Source of the DNA: Escherichia coli
GTDB taxonomy: Bacteria; Pseudomonadota; Gammaproteobacteria; Enterobacterales; Enterobacteriaceae
Assembly (NCBI RefSeq): GCF_003334785.1
Contig: NZ_QOWV01000004.1
Length of the DNA stretch: 64,000 nucleotides
Direction: 5' to 3' (one strand)
Shown here: positions 23,728 through 35,151 of the stretch, piece after piece
Layout: each line of letters opens with the position of its first letter
Numbering within the stretch: position 1 is the first letter of the stretch
Made by a program: the position numbers and the translations under genes
Notes under the pieces: generated by a model
What the model was told of the DNA's origin: nothing
The model's input: the letters and a program-made list of their open reading frames with translations, nothing else
Database searches by the model: none

Positions 23728-24882
23728 ATGCCAGAAAATTACACCCCTGCTGCCGCCGCAACCGGTACATGGACTGAAGAAGAGATCCGCCATCAGCCTC
23801 GCGCATGGATCCGTTCACTCACCAACATCGACGCGCTACGTTCCGCGCTCAATAACTTCCTTGAACCGTTACTGCGCAAAGAGAATCTGCGGATCATCCT
23901 GACCGGAGCCGGAACGTCGGCATTTATCGGTGACATCATCGCGCCGTGGCTCGCCAGCCATACCGGTAAAAACTTCAGCGCCGTACCGACCACCGATCTG
24001 GTCACCAATCCGATGGACTACCTGAACCCAGCTCATCCGCTGCTGTTGATCTCCTTCGGTCGATCCGGCAACAGCCCGGAAAGCGTCGCAGCCGTGGAAC
24101 TGGCAAATCAATTTGTACCGGAATGCTATCACCTGCCGATCACCTGCAACGAAGCGGGCGCTCTTTACCAAAACGCGATCAACAGCGATAACGCGTTTGC
24201 CCTGCTGATGCCCGCAGAAACGCACGATCGCGGCTTTGCGATGACCAGCAGCATTACCACCATGATGGCCAGCTGCCTCGCGGTTTTCGCACCTGAGACG
24301 ATCAACAGCCAAACCTTCCGCGACGTGGCGGATCGTTGCCAGGCGATCCTGACCTCACTGGGCGATTTCAGCGAAGGTGTGTTTGGTTACGCACCGTGGA
24401 AACGGATCGTTTATCTCGGTAGCGGTGGCTTACAGGGCGCAGCACGCGAGTCGGCGCTGAAAGTGCTGGAACTGACGGCGGGTAAACTGGCGGCCTTTTA
24501 TGATTCTCCAACCGGATTCCGTCATGGACCAAAATCGCTGGTCGATGACGAAACGCTGGTGGTGGTATTTGTCTCCAGCCACCCTTACACCCGTCAGTAT
24601 GATCTTGATCTGCTGGCTGAACTTCGCCGTGACAACCAGGCAATGCGTGTAATCGCCATCGCCGCGGAAAGCAGCGACATCGTCGCTGCCGGTCCACATA
24701 TCATCCTGCCACCGTCACGTCACTTTATCGACGTTGAGCAGGCATTTTGCTTCCTGATGTACGCCCAGACGTTTGCACTGATGCAGTCGCTGCACATGGG
24801 CAATACGCCGGATACCCCATCAGCCAGTGGCACCGTTAACCGCGTGGTGCAAGGCGTAATCATTCATCCGTGGCAGGCATAA
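23728..24882 (+). CDS. agaS: galactosamine-6-phosphate deaminase/isomerase (SIS domains)
   Basis: 384-aa ORF with tandem SIS domains. Confidence 0.9.
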   Translation: MPENYTPAAAATGTWTEEEIRHQPRAWIRSLTNIDALRSALNNFLEPLLRKENLRIILTGAGTSAFIGDIIAPWLASHTGKNFSAVPTTDLVTNPMDYLNPAHPLLLISFGRSGNSPESVAAVELANQFVPECYHLPITCNEAGALYQNAINSDNAFALLMPAETHDRGFAMTSSITTMMASCLAVFAPETINSQTFRDVADRCQAILTSLGDFSEGVFGYAPWKRIVYLGSGGLQGAARESALKVLELTAGKLAAFYDSPTGFRHGPKSLVDDETLVVVFVSSHPYTRQYDLDLLAELRRDNQAMRVIAIAAESSDIVAAGPHIILPPSRHFIDVEQAFCFLMYAQTFALMQSLHMGNTPDTPSASGTVNRVVQGVIIHPWQA

Positions 24883-25755
<873 letters not shown>

Positions 25756-25921
25756 TCATTAGTTTTTTATGATTTATCCCAATGTACTTCCCGATTAATA
25801 TCGGGGAGTGCCTTAATGGAAAAGGAGATAACTAAACCTTAATAAATACATCACTACAATATCGCAACAATAATATATTTAAAAAAATTATATTATTCAA
25901 CTTTATGGTGAGGATTACACA

Positions 25922-26398
25922 ATGACCAGTCCAAATATTCTCTTAACCCGTATTGATAACCGTCTGGTTCACGGTCAGGTTGGCGTGACCTGGACATCCA
26001 CCATCGGTGCAAATCTGCTGGTAGTCGTGGATGATGTTGTCGCTAACGATGATATTCAACAGAAATTAATGGGTATTACCGCGGAAACCTACGGCTTTGG
26101 CATTCGTTTCTTTACTATCGAAAAAACCATTAACGTCATCGGCAAAGCTGCACCACATCAGAAGATCTTCCTGATTTGCCGTACGCCACAAACGGTACGT
26201 AAATTGGTAGAAGGTGGTATTGACCTGAAAGATGTCAACGTCGGCAATATGCATTTCTCGGAAGGGAAAAAGCAAATCAGCAGTAAAGTTTATGTCGATG
26301 ACCAGGATCTCACGGACTTACGTTTTATTAAACAACGTGGCGTGAATGTTTTCATTCAGGACGTCCCTGGCGATCAAAAAGAACAAATCCCTGACTAA
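25922..26398 (+). CDS. agaB: PTS galactosamine-specific IIB
   Basis: 158-aa ORF, paralogous to agaV. Confidence 0.9.
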   Translation: MTSPNILLTRIDNRLVHGQVGVTWTSTIGANLLVVVDDVVANDDIQQKLMGITAETYGFGIRFFTIEKTINVIGKAAPHQKIFLICRTPQTVRKLVEGGIDLKDVNVGNMHFSEGKKQISSKVYVDDQDLTDLRFIKQRGVNVFIQDVPGDQKEQIPD

Positions 26399-26436
26399 AT
26401 CTAAAATCGCCTTAATATTGGTTTGAGGTAATAAAA

Positions 26437-27240
26437 ATGCATGAAATAACCCTACTTCAGGGATTATCCCTGGCGGCGTTAGTTTTTGTTCTGGGGATTG
26501 ATTTTTGGCTGGAAGCCTTATTTTTATTCCGCCCGATAATCGTTTGTACCCTAACTGGCGCTATTCTCGGTGATATTCAGACTGGCTTAATTACCGGTGG
26601 TCTGACAGAGTTGGCTTTCGCCGGATTAACCCCTGCAGGTGGTGTTCAGCCGCCCAACCCGATTATGGCGGGTCTGATGACCACCGTCATTGCATGGTCT
26701 ACGGGCGTTGATGCCAAAACAGCAATTGGTCTTGGCCTGCCGTTTAGTTTGTTAATGCAGTACGTCATTCTGTTCTTCTATTCCGCTTTCTCATTATTTA
26801 TGACCAAAGCCGATAAATGCGCGAAAGAGGCGGATACGGCAGCGTTTTCCCGGCTTAACTGGACAACGATGCTCATCGTCGCTTCAGCGTATGCGGTGAT
26901 TGCTTTCCTCTGTACTTACCTGGCACAGGGGGCGATGCAGGCGCTGGTGAAAGCGATGCCCGCCTGGCTGACCCACGGCTTTGAAGTGGCTGGCGGTATT
27001 CTGCCTGCCGTTGGTTTTGGCTTGCTGCTGCGCGTAATGTTCAAAGCGCAATATATCCCTTACCTGATCGCCGGTTTCCTGTTTGTTTGCTACATCCAGG
27101 TCAGCAACCTGTTGCCGGTTGCCGTACTGGGCGCAGGCTTTGCGGTGTATGAGTTTTTCAATGCGAAATCCCGGCAGCAAGCGCAACCGCAGCCCGTTGC
27201 CAGTAAAAATGAAGAAGAGGACTACAGCAATGGGATCTGA
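26437..27240 (+). CDS. agaC: PTS galactosamine-specific IIC
   Basis: 267-aa membrane ORF, paralogous to agaW. Confidence 0.9.
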   Translation: MHEITLLQGLSLAALVFVLGIDFWLEALFLFRPIIVCTLTGAILGDIQTGLITGGLTELAFAGLTPAGGVQPPNPIMAGLMTTVIAWSTGVDAKTAIGLGLPFSLLMQYVILFFYSAFSLFMTKADKCAKEADTAAFSRLNWTTMLIVASAYAVIAFLCTYLAQGAMQALVKAMPAWLTHGFEVAGGILPAVGFGLLLRVMFKAQYIPYLIAGFLFVCYIQVSNLLPVAVLGAGFAVYEFFNAKSRQQAQPQPVASKNEEEDYSNGI

Positions 27241-28021
27241 AATCAGTAAAAAAGATATCACCCGTCTGGGCTTTCGTTCGTCGCTGCTGCAAGCGAGCTT
27301 TAACTACGAAAGGATGCAGGCGGGCGGTTTTACCTGGGCGATGTTGCCGATCCTGAAAAAGATTTATAAGGACGACAAACCGGGCTTAAGCGCGGCGATG
27401 AAAGATAACCTCGAATTTATTAATACCCACCCGAATCTGGTCGGATTCCTGATGGGGTTATTAATTTCGATGGAAGAAAAAGGAGAAAACCGCGACACCA
27501 TTAAAGGCCTCAAAGTGGCACTGTTTGGCCCAATCGCCGGGATTGGCGATGCGATTTTCTGGTTTACTTTGTTGCCGATTATGGCGGGAATTTGCTCATC
27601 ATTTGCCAGCCAGGGAAACCTGCTGGGGCCGATTCTATTTTTCGCCGTTTACCTGCTTATCTTTTTCCTGCGCGTCGGCTGGACCCACGTCGGTTATTCA
27701 GTCGGCGTGAAGGCGATCGATAAAGTGCGAGAGAACTCGCAGATGATTGCCCGTTCGGCAACCATCCTCGGGATCACGGTAATCGGCGGGCTGATCGCTT
27801 CGTATGTGCATATTAACGTGGTGACATCGTTTGCCATCGACAATACCCACAGCGTTGCGCTGCAGCAGGATTTCTTCGATAAAGTCTTCCCGAACATTTT
27901 ACCGATGGCCTACACCCTGCTGATGTATTACTTCCTGCGGGTGAAAAAAGCGCATCCGGTGCTGTTAATCGGCGTGACTTTTGTGCTCTCTATTGTTTGT
28001 TCCGCATTCGGCATTTTGTAA
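27230..28021 (+). CDS. agaD: PTS galactosamine-specific IID
   Basis: ORF 27083-28021; start refined to MGSEISKKDITRLGFRSS; overlaps the agaC end. Confidence 0.9.
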   Translation: MGSEISKKDITRLGFRSSLLQASFNYERMQAGGFTWAMLPILKKIYKDDKPGLSAAMKDNLEFINTHPNLVGFLMGLLISMEEKGENRDTIKGLKVALFGPIAGIGDAIFWFTLLPIMAGICSSFASQGNLLGPILFFAVYLLIFFLRVGWTHVGYSVGVKAIDKVRENSQMIARSATILGITVIGGLIASYVHINVVTSFAIDNTHSVALQQDFFDKVFPNILPMAYTLLMYYFLRVKKAHPVLLIGVTFVLSIVCSAFGIL

Positions 28022-28777
28022 ATGGAACGAGGCACTGCGTCTGGTGGTGCCTCTTTACTTAAGGAATTTCATCCTGTGCAAACCCTTCAGCAAGTTGAAA
28101 ACTATACGGCGTTAAGTGAACGTGCCAGCGAATATTTATTGGCCGTGATCCGTAGCAAACCGAATGCCGTGATTTGCCTGGCGACCGGAGCCACGCCATT
28201 ACTGACGTATCATTATCTGGTAGAAAAAATCCACCAGCAGCAGGTTGATGTCAGCCAGCTCACCTTCGTGAAGCTCGACGAATGGGTGGATCTGCCATTA
28301 ACGATGCCAGGCACCTGCGAAACTTTCCTGCAACAGCATATCGTGCAGCCGCTGGGGCTACGTGAAGACCAGCTCATCAGCTTTCGCTCCGAAGAGATAA
28401 ATGAGACAGAGTGCGAACGGGTAACGAACCTGATTGCGCGCAAAGGCGGTCTGGATTTATGCGTTCTCGGATTGGGGAAAAACGGTCATCTTGGGCTGAA
28501 CGAACCGGGAGAAAGCCTGCAACCGGCCTGCCATATCAGTCAACTTGATGCCAGAACACAGCAACATGAGATGTTAAAAACCGCGGGTCGCCCCGTGACT
28601 CGTGGGATCACCTTAGGCCTGAAGGATATTCTCAATGCCCGCGAAGTTTTGTTACTGGTGACTGGCGAAGGAAAGCAGGATGCGACAGATCGTTTTCTCA
28701 CGGCTAAAGTCTCTACCGCTATCCCGGCTTCATTTTTATGGCTGCACAGTAACTTTATTTGTTTAATTAACACCTAA
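28022..28777 (+). CDS. agaI: putative galactosamine-6-phosphate deaminase/isomerase (NagB-like)
   Basis: 251-aa ORF starting immediately after the agaD stop. Confidence 0.85.
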   Translation: MERGTASGGASLLKEFHPVQTLQQVENYTALSERASEYLLAVIRSKPNAVICLATGATPLLTYHYLVEKIHQQQVDVSQLTFVKLDEWVDLPLTMPGTCETFLQQHIVQPLGLREDQLISFRSEEINETECERVTNLIARKGGLDLCVLGLGKNGHLGLNEPGESLQPACHISQLDARTQQHEMLKTAGRPVTRGITLGLKDILNAREVLLLVTGEGKQDATDRFLTAKVSTAIPASFLWLHSNFICLINT

Positions 28778-29177
28778 CCAGATGAAAAATTTGCTCAAAA
28801 TGTTTAAATTAACTTATGTAACAGTCACGCATTATATTAAATAACATTTGACTGGGTTGAACATAACGCCGATAGCAAAAGGAGTTATGTTCAACAATTT
28901 AATTTTAGATATACATATAACTTGTTCTATTAATAAATCACCTCGTATTCTGACTCGCCCCCTGGCGCAGCAAAGTCAGGCATTTATACTCTTTTGAATA
29001 CATAGAAAATTGATATCAATATAATGAAAATATCAAATATTTGCATATAAATATAATCTTAAAGTTCAGTCTATTTAATGTTCAATGAAATATTTCTGCC
29101 TGTATAATCTTTAAAGATGTTGAACATATATTCACATTAAATATGATTATGTACTTGTTACAAGGATAAGGTTATAT
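28778..29177. promoter_or_regulatory. AT-rich control region upstream of yraH with repeated 8-mer and a candidate -10 TATAAT
   Basis: 400 bp of very AT-rich non-coding DNA; tataat at about 29103-29108; four copies of ATGTTCAA/TTGAACAT. Confidence 0.45.
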
Positions 29178-29762
29178 ATGAATAAAGTTACAAAAACAGC
29201 TATTGCGGGCTTACTTGCGCTTTTCGCAGGTAATGCCGCTGCAACCGATGGTGAAATAGTTTTTGATGGCGAGATTTTAAAATCCGCTTGTGAAATCAAT
29301 GACTCTGATAAGAAAATTGAAGTTGCTCTTGGTCACTATAATGCCGAACAGTTTCGTAATATTGGCGAGCGTAGCCCAAAAATTCCATTCACTATTCCTT
29401 TAGTTAACTGCCCAATGACTGGGTGGGAGCACGATAACGGCAACGTTGAAGCGTCTTTCCGTCTATGGCTGGAAACGCGAGATAATGGCACCGTCCCTAA
29501 CTTCCCTAATCTGGCAAAAGTAGGCTCTTTTGCTGGCATAGCGGCAACAGGTGTGGGTATCCGTATTGACGATGCGGAAAGCGGAAACATTATGCCACTG
29601 AATGCTATGGGCAATGATAACACGGTTTATCAGATCCCGGCGGAATCCAATGGTATTGTCAATGTTGACCTCATCGCTTACTACGTATCAACCGTAGTTC
29701 CATCAGAAATCACCCCAGGGGAAGCAGACGCTATCGTTAACGTAACGCTGGATTACCGTTAA
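29178..29762 (+). CDS. yraH: fimbrial major subunit-like protein
   Basis: 194-aa ORF with signal peptide MNKVTKTAIAGLLALFAGNAAA; first gene of a chaperone-usher operon. Confidence 0.85.
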   Translation: MNKVTKTAIAGLLALFAGNAAATDGEIVFDGEILKSACEINDSDKKIEVALGHYNAEQFRNIGERSPKIPFTIPLVNCPMTGWEHDNGNVEASFRLWLETRDNGTVPNFPNLAKVGSFAGIAATGVGIRIDDAESGNIMPLNAMGNDNTVYQIPAESNGIVNVDLIAYYVSTVVPSEITPGEADAIVNVTLDYR

Positions 29763-29841
29763 TACGTTAGGGCGTTATCTGACCTGTCAGATAACGCCCT
29801 TTTCCTTCCTCTTTCTCGTTGTATCAGGTTGAAAAATAACT

Positions 29842-30537
29842 ATGTCAAAACGAACATTCGCGGTGATATTAACCTTGTTGTGTAGCTTCTGTATTGGCCA
29901 GGCGCTTGCAGGAGGAATCGTTTTACAGCGAACGCGAGTGATCTATGATGCCAGCCGCAAAGAGGCTGCGTTACCTGTCGCAAACAAAGGCGCAGAAACG
30001 CCTTATTTACTGCAATCATGGGTAGATAATATAGATGGTAAAAGCCGTGCCCCATTTATTATAACCCCACCGCTATTTCGTCTTGAGGCTGGCGATGACT
30101 CATCACTGCGAATTATTAAAACAGCTGATAACCTGCCTGAAAATAAAGAGTCGCTGTTCTACATTAATGTTCGTGCCATTCCAGCAAAGAAAAAATCAGA
30201 TGATGTTAATGCTAACGAGTTGACGCTGGTATTTAAAACACGGATCAAAATGTTTTATCGCCCCGCACACCTGAAGGGACGGGTAAACGATGCGTGGAAA
30301 TCACTGGAATTTAAACGTAGTGACCATTCACTCAATATATATAACCCAACTGAATATTACGTCGTATTTGCCGGACTGGCAGTCGATAAAACCGATCTCA
30401 CAAGCAAAATTGAATATATCGCGCCCGGAGAACATAAACAGTTACCACTTCCTGCATCTGGCGGAAAGAACGTGAAATGGGCTGCGATCAATGATTATGG
30501 CGGCAGTTCCGGGACAGAAACTCGTCCACTGCAATAA
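29842..30537 (+). CDS. yraI: periplasmic fimbrial chaperone (PapD-like)
   Basis: 231-aa ORF with signal peptide; pilus chaperone family. Confidence 0.85.
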
Positions 30538-30565
30538 AAAATATAAAAACACAGGTCATCAGGGA

Positions 30566-33082
30566 ATGCCACAACGACACCACCAGGGACATAAACGCAC
30601 ACCGAAACAGTTGGCGCTCATCATCAAACGTTGTTTGCCGATGGTGCTCACTGGCAGCGGCATGCTTTGCACTACCGCTAACGCCGAAGAGTATTATTTC
30701 GACCCCATTATGCTGGAAACCACAAAAAGTGGTATGCAAACAACCGATCTGTCGCGTTTTTCAAAAAAATATGCACAACTACCAGGAACTTATCAGGTTG
30801 ATATCTGGCTGAATAAAAAGAAGGTTTCACAGAAAAAAATTACATTTACCGCCAATGCAGAGCAACTTCTGCAGCCACAGTTTACGGTAGAACAACTACG
30901 TGAGCTGGGTATTAAGGTGGATGAAATCCCGGCGCTGGCTGAAAAAGATGACGATAGCGTGATCAACTCGCTTGAACAAATCATTCCCGGTACAGCTGCT
31001 GAATTTGATTTCAATCATCAGCAACTTAATTTGAGCATTCCCCAAATTGCACTGTACCGTGATGCAAGAGGTTACGTCTCCCCTTCTCGTTGGGACGATG
31101 GTATACCAACGCTGTTTACCAACTACTCGTTTACAGGTTCTGATAACCGTTACCGCCAGGGCAATCGTAGCCAACGACAGTACCTGAATATGCAAAATGG
31201 TGCTAATTTTGGCCCCTGGCGATTACGCAACTATTCCACATGGACACGCAACGATCAGACATCAAGCTGGAATACCATCAGTAGTTATTTACAACGTGAT
31301 ATCAAGGCGTTGAAGTCTCAGTTGCTTCTGGGAGAAAGCGCCACCAGCGGCAGTATTTTTTCCAGCTACACCTTTACTGGCGTGCAACTCGCTTCCGACG
31401 ATAATATGTTGCCAAACAGCCAGCGCGGATTTGCCCCAACGGTACGCGGTATCGCAAACAGTAGTGCAATCGTGACTATCAGGCAAAATGGTTATGTGAT
31501 CTATCAAAGCAACGTGTCAGCGGGTGCCTTTGAAATTAACGATCTCTACCCCTCTTCCAACAGCGGCGATTTAGAAGTCACGATTGAAGAAAGTGACGGT
31601 ACACAACGTCGCTTTATCCAGCCTTATTCTTCATTACCCATGATGCAGCGACCTGGGCATCTAAAGTATAGCGCGACCGCTGGACGCTATCGCGCTGATG
31701 CAAACAGTGATAGCAAGGAACCCGAATTTGCTGAAGCCACGGCAATATATGGTTTGAATAATACTTTTACGCTGTATGGCGGCCTGCTCGGTTCTGAAGA
31801 TTATTATGCGCTGGGGATCGGTATCGGCGGCACACTTGGCGCACTGGGCGCGTTGTCGATGGATATCAACAGAGCTGACACCCAATTCGATAACCAGCAC
31901 TCTTTTCATGGCTATCAATGGCGTACGCAGTACATCAAAGATATCCCGGAAACCAACACCAATATCGCTGTCAGCTACTATCGCTATACCAACGATGGCT
32001 ATTTTAGTTTTAATGAAGCCAATACCCGCAATTGGGACTATAACAGTCGCCAAAAAAGTGAAATTCAATTCAACATCAGCCAGACAATATTTGATGGGGT
32101 AAGTCTGTATGCCTCCGGTTCGCAGCAAGACTATTGGGGCAATAACGATAAAAACAGGAATATCTCTGTTGGGGTTTCCGGCCAGCAATGGGGAGTTGGT
32201 TACAGCCTGAATTATCAATACAGCCGCTACACTGATCAAAATAATGACCGCGCACTCTCTTTGAATCTCAGTATTCCGTTAGAACGCTGGTTACCGCGTA
32301 GCCGGGTTTCCTATCAGATGACCAGCCAGAAAGATCGCCCAACCCAACATGAAATGCGTCTTGATGGCTCACTGCTGGATGATGGTCGCCTGAGCTATAG
32401 CCTGGAACAAAGTCTGGATGACGATAACAACCATAACAGTAGCCTGAACGCCAGTTACCGTTCACCTTATGGCACCTTCAGTGCCGGATACAGCTACGGT
32501 AATGACAGCAGCCAATACAATTACGGCGTTACCGGCGGCGTGGTTATCCATCCTCATGGCGTGACGCTCTCGCAATATCTGGGCAACGCTTTTGCGCTTA
32601 TCGATGCTAACGGAGCATCTGGCGTGAGGATACAAAACTATCCGGGGATTGCTACCGATCCTTTTGGCTATGCAGTGGTTCCTTATCTCACAACTTATCA
32701 GGAAAACCGTCTCTCGGTAGATACTACGCAGCTGCCCGATAACGTCGATCTTGAACAAACAACACAGTTTGTGGTGCCCAACAGAGGTGCAATGGTAGCG
32801 GCGCGTTTCAACGCCAATATCGGTTATCGCGTACTTGTTACAGTCAGCGATCGCAACGGTAAACCGTTGCCCTTTGGCGCTCTTGCCAGCAACGATGATA
32901 CAGGGCAACAAAGTATCGTCGATGAGGGCGGCATACTATATCTCTCTGGGATATCGAGTAAATCACAAAGCTGGACTGTACGCTGGGGAAATCAGGCAGA
33001 TCAACAATGTCAGTTTGCTTTCAGTACACCGGATTCAGAACCTACAACCTCTGTATTACAAGGCACAGCGCAGTGCCATTAA
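30566..33082 (+). CDS. yraJ: outer-membrane fimbrial usher
   Basis: ORF 30491-33082; start refined to MPQRHHQ giving about 838 aa; usher family. Confidence 0.85.
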   Translation: MPQRHHQGHKRTPKQLALIIKRCLPMVLTGSGMLCTTANAEEYYFDPIMLETTKSGMQTTDLSRFSKKYAQLPGTYQVDIWLNKKKVSQKKITFTANAEQLLQPQFTVEQLRELGIKVDEIPALAEKDDDSVINSLEQIIPGTAAEFDFNHQQLNLSIPQIALYRDARGYVSPSRWDDGIPTLFTNYSFTGSDNRYRQGNRSQRQYLNMQNGANFGPWRLRNYSTWTRNDQTSSWNTISSYLQRDIKALKSQLLLGESATSGSIFSSYTFTGVQLASDDNMLPNSQRGFAPTVRGIANSSAIVTIRQNGYVIYQSNVSAGAFEINDLYPSSNSGDLEVTIEESDGTQRRFIQPYSSLPMMQRPGHLKYSATAGRYRADANSDSKEPEFAEATAIYGLNNTFTLYGGLLGSEDYYALGIGIGGTLGALGALSMDINRADTQFDNQHSFHGYQWRTQYIKDIPETNTNIAVSYYRYTNDGYFSFNEANTRNWDYNSRQKSEIQFNISQTIFDGVSLYASGSQQDYWGNNDKNRNISVGVSGQQWGVGYSLNYQYSRYTDQNNDRALSLNLSIPLERWLPRSRVSYQMTSQKDRPTQHEMRLDGSLLDDGRLSYSLEQSLDDDNNHNSSLNASYRSPYGTFSAGYSYGNDSSQYNYGVTGGVVIHPHGVTLSQYLGNAFALIDANGASGVRIQNYPGIATDPFGYAVVPYLTTYQENRLSVDTTQLPDNVDLEQTTQFVVPNRGAMVAARFNANIGYRVLVTVSDRNGKPLPFGALASNDDTGQQSIVDEGGILYLSGISSKSQSWTVRWGNQADQQCQFAFSTPDSEPTTSVLQGTAQCH

Positions 33083-33092
33083 GGATAAAAAA

Positions 33093-34184
33093 ATGAAAAG
33101 AGCGCCTCTTATAACAGGTCTTTTGTTGATATCCACATCCTGCGCTTATGCCTCCTCAGGAGGGTGTGGAGCCGACAGCACTAGCGGTGCGACAAATTAC
33201 AGCAGTGTGGTTGATGATGTTACGGTGAACCAGACAGATAACGTGACAGGACGGGAGTTTACCTCTGCAACGCTAAGTAGCACTAACTGGCAATACGCCT
33301 GTTCCTGCTCTGCGGGTAAGGCAGTTAAACTTGTCTATATGGTCAGCCCCGTACTTACCACCACTGGACATCAGACAGGATATTACAAACTCAATGACAG
33401 CCTGGATATTAAAACCACATTACAGGCAAACGACATTCCAGGACTCACAACCGACCAGGTTGTCTCTGTTAACACCCGATTCACACAGATAAAAAACAAC
33501 ACGGTATATTCTGCTGCAACCCAAACGGGTGTTTGCCAGGGTGATACGTCTCGTTATGGACCCGTTAATATTGGTGCGAACACCACCTTTACCCTGTATG
33601 TCACCAAGCCATTTCTCGGCTCGATGACCATTCCGAAAACGGATATTGCCGTCATTAAAGGCGCGTGGGTCGATGGAATGGGAAGCCCGTCTACAGGTGA
33701 CTTCCATGATTTAGTCAAGTTATCGATTCAGGGAAATCTCACCGCCCCACAGTCGTGCAAAATTAATCAGGGCGATGTTATTAAGGTTAATTTTGGATTC
33801 ATCAATGGTCAGAAGTTTACCACCCGCAATGCCATGCCAGACGGTTTTACTCCAGTAGACTTTGATATCACTTATGACTGTGGTGATACTTCAAAGATTA
33901 AAAACTCGTTGCAAATGCGCATCGACGGTACAACTGGGGTAGTAGACCAGTACAACCTGGTCGCCAGGCGAAGAAGTTCAGACAATGTGCCCGATGTCGG
34001 TATTCGTATTGAAAATCTCGGCGGCGGAGTTGCAAATATTCCTTTTCAGAACGGTATCCTTCCCGTTGATCCTTCCGGGCATGGCACCGTCAATATGCGC
34101 GCCTGGCCAGTTAATCTGGTCGGTGGTGAGCTGGAAACAGGAAAATTTCAGGGCACAGCCACCATTACCGTCATCGTGCGGTAA
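33093..34184 (+). CDS. yraK: fimbrial adhesin-like protein
   Basis: ORF 32835-34184; start refined to MKRAPLITGLLLISTSCAYA signal peptide. Confidence 0.8.
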   Translation: MKRAPLITGLLLISTSCAYASSGGCGADSTSGATNYSSVVDDVTVNQTDNVTGREFTSATLSSTNWQYACSCSAGKAVKLVYMVSPVLTTTGHQTGYYKLNDSLDIKTTLQANDIPGLTTDQVVSVNTRFTQIKNNTVYSAATQTGVCQGDTSRYGPVNIGANTTFTLYVTKPFLGSMTIPKTDIAVIKGAWVDGMGSPSTGDFHDLVKLSIQGNLTAPQSCKINQGDVIKVNFGFINGQKFTTRNAMPDGFTPVDFDITYDCGDTSKIKNSLQMRIDGTTGVVDQYNLVARRRSSDNVPDVGIRIENLGGGVANIPFQNGILPVDPSGHGTVNMRAWPVNLVGGELETGKFQGTATITVIVR

Positions 34185-34226
34185 AAGAAGACGTTGCGTT
34201 TTGATTAACGCAACGCTTCGGCACTG

Positions 34227-35087
34227 TTACCCCTGCTGCTCCAGCGCATACTTATACAGCGCATTTTTCTTCACGCCGTGAATTTCTGCGGCCAGCGCCG
34301 CCGCTTTTTTCAGCGGCAGTTCTGCCTGTAGCAGCGCCAGCGTGCGCAGGGCATCGGCGGGTAAGTCTTCTTCCTGTGCTTTATGACCTTCGACAATCAG
34401 CACCATTTCGCCTTTGCGACGGTTTTCATCTTCCTTTACCCACGCCAGCAGCTCGCCAACGGGCGCGCCGTGAATGGTTTCCCAGGTTTTGGTCAGCTCA
34501 CGCGCCAGAACCACGTAGCGGGATTCGCCTAATACCGCAACGATATCTTCCAGGCTATCTAACAGACGGTGGGTAGATTCATAAAAAATCAGCGTGCGCG
34601 GCTCCGCTTCAATGGCTTTTAGCGCATCACGGCGGCCTTTTGATTTGGCAGGTAAAAAGCCTTCGTAACAGAAACGGTCAGAGGGTAAACCCGCTGCGCT
34701 TAACGCAGTGATAGCAGCACACGGCCCGGGTAGCGGCACCACGCGGATCCCCGCTTCACGGCAGGTACGCACCAGATGGTAGCCAGGATCGTTAATTAGC
34801 GGCGTTCCGGCATCGGAAACCAGCGCAATGTTTTGCCCCTCTTGCAGCTTCGCCAGCAGCGTTTCAGCTTTTTGTTGTTCGTTATGGTCGTGCAGCGCAA
34901 ACAACCGGGCATTAATCCCAAAATGTTGCAGCAATAAACCGGTGTGACGAGTATCCTCGGCGGCAATCAGATCAACGGCCTGTAATACCTCTAACGCACG
35001 CTGGGTGATATCCGCCAGATTGCCGATTGGCGTCGGTACAATGTAAAGCTGGCCCTGAGAATTATCCGCCGATTGGTGTTGTTTCAT
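34227..35087 (-). CDS. rsmI: 16S rRNA (cytidine1402-2'-O)-methyltransferase
   Basis: 286-aa ORF, tetrapyrrole-methylase-fold SAM methyltransferase; divergent from lpoA. Confidence 0.9.
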
Positions 35088-35151
35088 TGTGTCGTCCGTA
35101 TTGCCGATTTAATATTGAGCATTGCGTAAAAAAAATATCACTGGATACATT

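Noticed and set aside
28887-28997. 36-codon ORF upstream of yraH as a confident protein-coding gene
   Set aside because: The Shine-Dalgarno-like AGGAG is only 2 nt from the ATG and the region is AT-rich where short ORFs arise by chance; kept only as part of the regulatory-region finding, not as a feature.
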